Sequence record: SRR16203515_1153
Strand: one strand, 5' to 3'
Length of the DNA stretch: 44,669 bases
Shown here: in pieces, positions 38,364-44,669 of the stretch
Position numbering within the stretch: the stretch's first letter is position 1
Layout: every line of letters starts with the position of its first letter
Notes under the pieces: model-generated
The model's database searches: none
Seen by the model: only the letters and a program-made list of their open reading frames with translations
Told to the model about the DNA's origin: nothing
Program-made: the position numbers and the translations under genes

Positions 38364-39680
38364 TCAGCTTACCCGTCTAAATAATGCGGCGGTTTCGACA
38401 TGCGCCGTATGCGGAAACATATCGGCAACCAACAATCGATCGAGACCATAAAATCCCGATTCAATCAAATCTGCCGAGTCCCTTGCTAATGTCGCGGGAT
38501 TACACGAAACATAGGCGATAACTTCGGGTTTAACATGGTCCACAACGCGCTTCAGCGCCTCGCGGGCCCCGCTTCTGGGCGGATCCACAATCACTTTCGA
38601 GAATTTACCCTCGCTCCAGTCGACGATTCCGTCATCAAAGAGGTCTCGGGTCTTGAAACTGGCATTCCGGATTTGATTATGAGACGCATTGAGTGCTGCT
38701 TTTTGAACAAGCGCGCGCTCGCCCTCCACTCCGAGCACGCTTTTCGCACACTGCGCTGTTGCTAACGAAAAATTGCCAAGGCCGCAAAAAAGATCGAGTA
38801 CTTCGTCCTGACGATTAAGTTCAAGCCACGAAATGATGACCCCAACCAATCTCTCGTTAATCCCACCGTTAATCTGAACGAAATCGACAGGCGAAAATTC
38901 AATAGTCAGTCCGAATTTTTCAAGCGAATAGTTCAGGGGGTCCGGTTCGGTTGGCCACAAGGCGGTAACCGTTTTCGGACCTTTTGATTGGGTAAAAATT
39001 TGAGTCTGGTGGCGTTTACCAAAAGCCGCTAACGCGTGCTGATCAGCCTCGATCAATGGCTTTAAATGCCTAAAGACAAGTGCGGTCGCATTCTCCCCGA
39101 CCGCCACTTCTATTTGGGGTAGCTGATCCCGAACGCTTAACTGCTCCACAAGCCCCTGCAGGGATGGCAGCAAATCGCTGACCGATTTCACCAACACCTC
39201 ACAGGTTTCGAGTCCGGTGATATAGCTGTTGTTTCTTTCCCGAAATCCGACCAGGGCGCCGCCCTTCTTTGGCACATAACGAACACCTAACCGCGCGCGT
39301 CGACGATACGCCCAAGGGTCATCCGACAGGACATCAATATCATCCGGCAACGGAACATGAGCCCCGATAAATGCATCGCTGACCACTTTCTTTTTAAAGT
39401 CGAGTTGACCCGGGTAGGACAAATGTTGAACGGCACAGCCACCACAAGTTCCGAAATAACCACATTTTGGCGTGACCCGGTCAGCAGATTCGACGATGAT
39501 TGAATCGACGACTCCGGTTGAATAGCTCCGCCGCCCTTTTAGCCGCTTAACAGAGACCGTTTCTCCGGGAAGCGCACCTTCAACAAACCAGACCTTGCCG
39601 TCGATTCTGGCCACGCCACGACCATCATGACTGAGATCTTCTATTTGGGTTTCGACCGAAACAGTCGCGTCAGCCTTCAT
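38364..39680 (-). CDS. rlmD: 23S rRNA m5U1939 methyltransferase
   Basis: TRAM domain, CGYFGTCGGC, LDLFCGLGNF, DPPRSG, YVSCNPATLARD and DMFPHTAHVE. Confidence 0.94.
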   Translation of the reverse strand: MKADATVSVETQIEDLSHDGRGVARIDGKVWFVEGALPGETVSVKRLKGRRSYSTGVVDSIIVESADRVTPKCGYFGTCGGCAVQHLSYPGQLDFKKKVVSDAFIGAHVPLPDDIDVLSDDPWAYRRRARLGVRYVPKKGGALVGFRERNNSYITGLETCEVLVKSVSDLLPSLQGLVEQLSVRDQLPQIEVAVGENATALVFRHLKPLIEADQHALAAFGKRHQTQIFTQSKGPKTVTALWPTEPDPLNYSLEKFGLTIEFSPVDFVQINGGINERLVGVIISWLELNRQDEVLDLFCGLGNFSLATAQCAKSVLGVEGERALVQKAALNASHNQIRNASFKTRDLFDDGIVDWSEGKFSKVIVDPPRSGAREALKRVVDHVKPEVIAYVSCNPATLARDSADLIESGFYGLDRLLVADMFPHTAHVETAALFRRVS

Positions 39681-40467
39681 GTTGGATCGGCCGCCACGCC
39701 TCGAGATACTCTCTTAGGTGGGTCGCGTCACTGTCCTCTAACATCGCAGCCAGACGACTTTCTTCCTGTTGAAGTTGGTCTGCACTAATCCCATCCCGAA
39801 TATGCTCAAATCGCAGGTAAACCAAAAATGTATTCAATACGTCAGTCTCGCAATAGTCTCGAATCTCTTTGATTTTGCCTTCCTGAAAAAGACTCCAAAC
39901 CTGACTACCGCTGACCCCCATCTTTCCTGGAAAACCGAGTATCACCGAAATATCATCCAACGGCGCAAAGGCCCGATTCTGATAGCCCGCAAGCACATCC
40001 ATTAAGTCGATATGACGAGGATGAAAGCGGTTGAGATAATTATTAAATTTAAAATCTCGGTCGGTTTCACCAGCATCCCAGTACGTTCGTGAAACAATAC
40101 TATGCTTGAGCGCCCGGTAATGAATGACCGGCAGATCGAATCCACTCCCGTTCCAGCTCACAAGCGTTGGCCTGAATCGCTCAATACCGTCAAAAAAGCG
40201 GGTGAGCAGTTCGGCTTCAGATGAATCCTCATCACCTAAGGACCACACCTTTAGAGCCTCATCGGTCCATAAAACAGCGGAGATGGCCACAATTTTGTGC
40301 TGCGGATGGCTCAGAAAGTCGGTCGTCCCGGTTTTTTGCAAGCGCAACGTGCGCATTGCTTTCGCAACATCATCATCACTCAGACCATTTAGGTTATTCA
40401 ACAGACGACCGGCTTCAACATCTGGAACGGTCTCGATATCAAAAACAAGCACTGACGCAGGACGCAT
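39670..40467 (-). CDS. PolB-like 3'-5' exonuclease (WlaX-like)
   Basis: VFDIETVPD, LVSWNGSGFDLPV, HIDLMDVL and YCETDVLNT. Confidence 0.9.
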   Translation of the reverse strand: MRPASVLVFDIETVPDVEAGRLLNNLNGLSDDDVAKAMRTLRLQKTGTTDFLSHPQHKIVAISAVLWTDEALKVWSLGDEDSSEAELLTRFFDGIERFRPTLVSWNGSGFDLPVIHYRALKHSIVSRTYWDAGETDRDFKFNNYLNRFHPRHIDLMDVLAGYQNRAFAPLDDISVILGFPGKMGVSGSQVWSLFQEGKIKEIRDYCETDVLNTFLVYLRFEHIRDGISADQLQQEESRLAAMLEDSDATHLREYLEAWRPIQHEG

Positions 40468-40495
40468 TATTTATCTCTAATCTGTATGAAAGGGG

Positions 40496-41563
40496 CTATT
40501 TCAGGATCGCAGCACGAACGGCATCGACTGTAGGTGCGACTCGAACGGGAGATGGGCATTGAGATATCGCAACATCTGGATCTTTCAATCCGTGACCGGT
40601 CAACGTGCAGACCACTGACTTATCGTCGGGTATTTGCCCCGCGCCCAAAGCTTTGATGAGACCCGCAACTGACGCAGCGGACGCAGGCTCGCAAAAAATG
40701 CCCTCCCGTTGGGCAAGAAACTTTTGCGCAGAAAGAATTTCGGAGTCCTCGCAAGGGGTAAACCAACCGCCGGATTGAACCTGGGCTTCATGGGCGAGGT
40801 TCCATGATTGCGGATTGCCGATCCGAATCGCGGTGGCGATTGTTTCTGGATTCTGAATCGGACTTCCACTCACAAATGGTGCTGCACCCGTTGCTTGACA
40901 GCCCACCATTACCGGCAGCTTCGTGGTTTTGTTAATCTGGTGATACTCTGAATATCCCATCCAGTAGGCGCTAATATTTCCAGCATTGCCAACCGGCAGA
41001 AAGTGGTAATCCGGTGCATCGCCGACAAGATCCACAATCTCGAATGCCGCCGTTTTTTGACCCTGCAGACGATACGGATTTACCGAATTAACTAAAGCCA
41101 CCGGCGCCTCTTCTGGCATCCGTTTAACAATTTCCATCCCATCGTCAAAGTTTCCTGCAATTTGGATTACGTTGGCGCCATGCATCATGGCCTGCGCCAG
41201 CTTTCCCAAGGCAATCTTTCCATCCGGGATCACCACGAACGCCCGCATACCGGCCCGGGCCGCGTAGGCTGCCGCCGCCGCAGATGTGTTGCCCGTTGAT
41301 GCACAAATTACGGCGTTATTTCCGGCCGCTAGCGCCATCGTGATTGCCACGGTCATTCCTCGATCCTTGAACGACCCGGTGGGATTTTCGCCTTCAACTT
41401 TCGCATATATGCTGACTCCCCGATCAGGCTCGCTTAACGAATGAAGCTTAATGAGCGAGGTGTTCCCCTCCGAGAGGCTCACGACACAGGCGTCCTCAGG
41501 CACCGGCAGGTGTTGATGGTACTTGGCAATCAGTCCGGTATCAGTCGCGATCGTATTTATCAT
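40496..41563 (-). CDS. thrC: Threonine synthase (short form)
   Basis: [29 protein letters not shown] and TGHGLKDPD. Confidence 0.95.
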   Translation of the reverse strand: MINTIATDTGLIAKYHQHLPVPEDACVVSLSEGNTSLIKLHSLSEPDRGVSIYAKVEGENPTGSFKDRGMTVAITMALAAGNNAVICASTGNTSAAAAAYAARAGMRAFVVIPDGKIALGKLAQAMMHGANVIQIAGNFDDGMEIVKRMPEEAPVALVNSVNPYRLQGQKTAAFEIVDLVGDAPDYHFLPVGNAGNISAYWMGYSEYHQINKTTKLPVMVGCQATGAAPFVSGSPIQNPETIATAIRIGNPQSWNLAHEAQVQSGGWFTPCEDSEILSAQKFLAQREGIFCEPASAASVAGLIKALGAGQIPDDKSVVCTLTGHGLKDPDVAISQCPSPVRVAPTVDAVRAAILK

Positions 41564-41568
41564 TAACG

Positions 41569-42873
41569 CTACTCCTCGAGTCGTATACGAACAATCGGCG
41601 CCACACTAATCGCGAGGGACTCAATCTCGGCGATCGCACGATTTAATGAGCCTTCCCGCACTTGATGGGTGACAATCACAACCGGAACTGCGCTCGCATC
41701 CATGCGACGCTCCTTTTGGCTAATGGCTCGAATGCTGACGCCCTCGTCCCCAAGGATCTTGGTCACATCACCGAGAACGCCCGGTTTATCGACCACCGTC
41801 AGCCTGAGATACTGGGCTGTCACCGTATCTTCGATGGGAGTTACATCAAACGAGGACAATTCGCCTGGCTGAAATGCCAGATGAGGGACGCGATTAAAAG
41901 GATCAGATGTAAGCGTGCGGACAACGTCAACGAGATCCGCAACAACAGCCGATGCTGTAGGCCCGGCGCCAGCGCCTGCGCCATAAAACAACGTCTCCCC
42001 AACCGCGTCACCATTCACCTTGACCGCATTCATGACGCCTGAGACATTGGCGAGAATCTGGTCTGAAGCGAGAAGACAGGGATGCACGCGTAGATCCAAC
42101 GCATCGTTTTGTCGTCTGGCGATGCCCAAATGTTTGACTCGATAACCGAGTTCTTTCGCGTAAGAAATATCAGCATGCGTAATATTGCTGATCCCTTCAA
42201 CGTGAATCGACTCAAAATTCAAATGTGTACCGTATGCGATGGAAGCAAGGATGGTCAGTTTGTGGGCTGCGTCGATTCCTTCAACGTCAAAGTATGGATC
42301 AGCCTCGGCATATCCCAAATCCTGGGCAACAGCCAACACTTCGTCATAGTCGCAGCCCCGATCAGCGATCTCGGAAAGAATATAATTGCAGGTGCCGTTG
42401 AGAATGCCTTCAACGTTCTCAATCTTGTTGCCGGAGAAGCTCTCACGAAGCGCCTTGATAATAGGAATACCGCCTGCAACTGCCGCCTCAAATGCGACAA
42501 CAAGACCTTGCTTGGAGGCTTCGTCAAATATTTCGTTACCTTTGGTTGCGATCAGGGCTTTGTTGGCAGTCACCACGTGTTTTTTCTGTTGCAGAGCCGA
42601 AATCACGACATCATAGGCGTCGTCGCAGCCACCCATCAACTCAAGCACAACATCGATGTCGGAGTTATGCGCCAACGACATGGCATCAACAGTCAGCTCG
42701 ATATCGTCTAACGAGCAGGCCCGTCGACTCGTCAGGTCGCGAACCGCCGCATGCGTCACGCGAATTTCTCGGCCAGCACGTCGTGAAATCTCGACCCCGT
42801 TTTTCTGCAACACTTCGACGGTGCCGGCACCCACGGTGCCAAGTCCAACTACCCCTATATTTACTGGTCCCAT
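41569..42873 (-). CDS. hom: Homoserine dehydrogenase with ACT domain
   Basis: [37 protein letters not shown] and DKPGVL. Confidence 0.96.
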   Translation of the reverse strand: MGPVNIGVVGLGTVGAGTVEVLQKNGVEISRRAGREIRVTHAAVRDLTSRRACSLDDIELTVDAMSLAHNSDIDVVLELMGGCDDAYDVVISALQQKKHVVTANKALIATKGNEIFDEASKQGLVVAFEAAVAGGIPIIKALRESFSGNKIENVEGILNGTCNYILSEIADRGCDYDEVLAVAQDLGYAEADPYFDVEGIDAAHKLTILASIAYGTHLNFESIHVEGISNITHADISYAKELGYRVKHLGIARRQNDALDLRVHPCLLASDQILANVSGVMNAVKVNGDAVGETLFYGAGAGAGPTASAVVADLVDVVRTLTSDPFNRVPHLAFQPGELSSFDVTPIEDTVTAQYLRLTVVDKPGVLGDVTKILGDEGVSIRAISQKERRMDASAVPVVIVTHQVREGSLNRAIAEIESLAISVAPIVRIRLEE

Positions 42874-43013
42874 AAATTATTGCTATCGATAAAGTGAGTG
42901 GCGGCGATCAACTGCCCATTAGCGCACGCGGATTTTATCTCAATCAGATAGCATTTGACGTATTTCGTCCAGATTGTGGCGTTAAATAGCTGAGCCGGTT
43001 ATTCTCTGACCTC

Positions 43014-43397
43014 ATGGAACTCACCCAAGAAATCAACTCCGATCGGCCAATGATTCAGAGTTATGACGCATCTGGCGTCACCATCTCAGGGACGCTATTT
43101 GCAGAAAGCTTTATCCTGATGCCGCAAGATGCTTTTCCCCAGATTTGGGCTGTCAAAAAATTTCAGGATATATCGACCGATGTCTTGGACGCCTTGTTTT
43201 CCACACCCTGGGACGCCCTCCTTCTTGGGACCGGGTCTGAGCACCAGTTGCCTGGACCGGATCTCTTGAAGCTAATGGCACAACGAAACCGGACCATTGA
43301 CTTCATGTCGTCACGCTCCGCATGTGCAACATTCAATTTACTCTCTATGGACCATCGAGAAGTCGCGGCTGCAATAATATTGCCGCTAGAAAACTAA
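43014..43397 (+). CDS. Mth938-like (DUF498) protein
   Basis: IQSY, LLLGTG and MSSRSACATFNLL..REVAAA. Confidence 0.88.
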   Translation: MELTQEINSDRPMIQSYDASGVTISGTLFAESFILMPQDAFPQIWAVKKFQDISTDVLDALFSTPWDALLLGTGSEHQLPGPDLLKLMAQRNRTIDFMSSRSACATFNLLSMDHREVAAAIILPLEN

Positions 43398-43398
43398 A

Positions 43399-44172
43399 TC
43401 AGTTTTTCTGGGGAAGGTAACGAAGGGGATCTACAGGCTTTCCATCCTTGCGGATTTCAAAATGAAGTCGGGGTGATTCTGCTCCGGTCTGCCCCATTTC
43501 TGCAATGACCTGCCCCTTGCTTACTTCATCCCCCTCTTTTGTCATAACGGCCCGATTGTGAGCATAAGCGCTCAGGTAGGTCTCATCATGTTTGATAATC
43601 AAAAGAAGTCCGTAACCCCGCAGGCCCGTTCCCGCATAGACTACCTTTCCTGCAGCCGCCGCTTGAATGGGATCGCCTGACTGGCCACTAATATCAATTC
43701 CATTATCGCCCGTGTTATCTTCAAATCTGCCAATGACGACGCCATCAGCCGGCCACACCCATCCGTGTCCGGTTTCAATCGGCGCGGTTGCGACAGTGGC
43801 TTTATTATCGATCGTTGATGACTCAGCACTCGGTTCCGTGTCTGTTGGAGAAATGATAGGGGATACCTCAACCACGACCGGTTGAGGTCGAGAGGCAACT
43901 GGGTTGACATTGCCGCTGGTGCGTTGATCGCTCAAATAAATCAATTGCCCTGTATTGAGACGATAAGGGGGATTGAGATTATTCCATCGAGCAACATCCC
44001 GATAATCAAGTCCGGCCTCCCATGAGATTTGATAAAGACTGTCCCCTTCAGCGACCACCCGAGCCTTATCACCGTTATTTGCGCCTGATAAATCGCTCAC
44101 TGGAATCACCGCGGGCCCGCTACATGCGACGAGGATCGTGATCAAAAAAACTAGGAATAACCTGTTTCGCAT
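43399..44172 (-). CDS. nlpD: Lipoprotein NlpD-like (LysM plus M23 domain)
   Basis: Lipobox LVAC, LysM GDSLYQIS..VARWNNL, WVWPADG, YLSAYAHN and LHFEIR. Confidence 0.9.
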   Translation of the reverse strand: MRNRLFLVFLITILVACSGPAVIPVSDLSGANNGDKARVVAEGDSLYQISWEAGLDYRDVARWNNLNPPYRLNTGQLIYLSDQRTSGNVNPVASRPQPVVVEVSPIISPTDTEPSAESSTIDNKATVATAPIETGHGWVWPADGVVIGRFEDNTGDNGIDISGQSGDPIQAAAAGKVVYAGTGLRGYGLLLIIKHDETYLSAYAHNRAVMTKEGDEVSKGQVIAEMGQTGAESPRLHFEIRKDGKPVDPLRYLPQKN

Positions 44173-44189
44173 AAATCTTGTGTTTCCTG

Positions 44190-44669
44190 TCAGAAAAAGA
44201 AATGCCAGCACAGCAAAAATCCAACGATGAAGACCATCATCCAGCCAATAAGGTCCGCATAACGTCTCAACTGTTGCTCAAATCGCTCACCGCCCAGAAA
44301 GATTAATCCGGCAACCAGAAAAAAACGTGCGCCCCGGCCGACAAGAGAGGCCAACACAAAAGGTCCGAATGCCATTGCCGCAAGACCGGCGCTGACTGTA
44401 AATATCTTGTAAGGGATTGGTGTAAACCCGGCGATAAAAATGATCCATATTCCGTAGGATTTAAAATGCGCTTGCGCCGTCGCGAATGCCTCCCCAGCGT
44501 TATAGAAGTCAATCAGCGGCTGCGCAACTAACCCAAACAAAAACATTCCAATCAAATAACCTAATATCCCGCCCAGGACGGAAAATAAAGTCGTTAGCGA
44601 AGCGAGACGCCACGCTTTTTTGGGTTGGGCGAGCACCATGGGCGCTAACATGACGTCAGGCGGGATTGG
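44190..44669 (-). CDS. yqaA: YqaA/DedA family membrane protein (5' truncated by window edge)
   Basis: Frame is open to the edge (PIPPDVMLAPM..); AGFTPIPYKIFT and GRGARFF. Confidence 0.92.
   Translation of the reverse strand, partial: PIPPDVMLAPMVLAQPKKAWRLASLTTLFSVLGGILGYLIGMFLFGLVAQPLIDFYNAGEAFATAQAHFKSYGIWIIFIAGFTPIPYKIFTVSAGLAAMAFGPFVLASLVGRGARFFLVAGLIFLGGERFEQQLRRYADLIGWMMVFIVGFLLCWHFFF

Noticed and set aside
30560-42892. Long antisense ORFs such as 30560..31111 and 42109..42711
   Set aside because: They are shadows of well-supported genes (fabH, hom) with no protein-family features.

Overview
Chromosomal window from a gammaproteobacterium (probably marine; inferred from gene content) that appears to span the replication terminus, with a near-consensus dif site at 23881-23908. 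The right half is core genes, mostly on the minus strand: yqaA-nlpD, hom-thrC, a 3'-5' exonuclease, rlmD, rne, rluC, Rieske, sppA, maf and rpmF-plsX-fabH-fabG-acpP-fabF-mltG-tmk-holB-pilZ-tatD. The genes yceD, fabD, pabC and rpoS are absent from their usual slots. The left half is accessory DNA around a broken-up tRNA Gly-Cys-Leu hotspot: two decayed tRNA-Gly 3' ends, an intact tRNA-Cys and an intact tRNA-Leu. The most notable system is a tightly coupled amino-group-carrier operon, lysW-lysX-lysY-[Ntn hydrolase]-lysZ-lysJ. Its lysW gene is not in the supplied ORF track. The operon has no lysK; an EgtC/Dug3-like class II amidotransferase gene sits inside it and is a candidate replacement enzyme for releasing the product from LysW. 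It also lacks aminoadipate-synthesis genes and lies divergent from two paralogous TetR regulators. All calls come from reading the sequence by eye and from recalled family motifs; no database searches were run.
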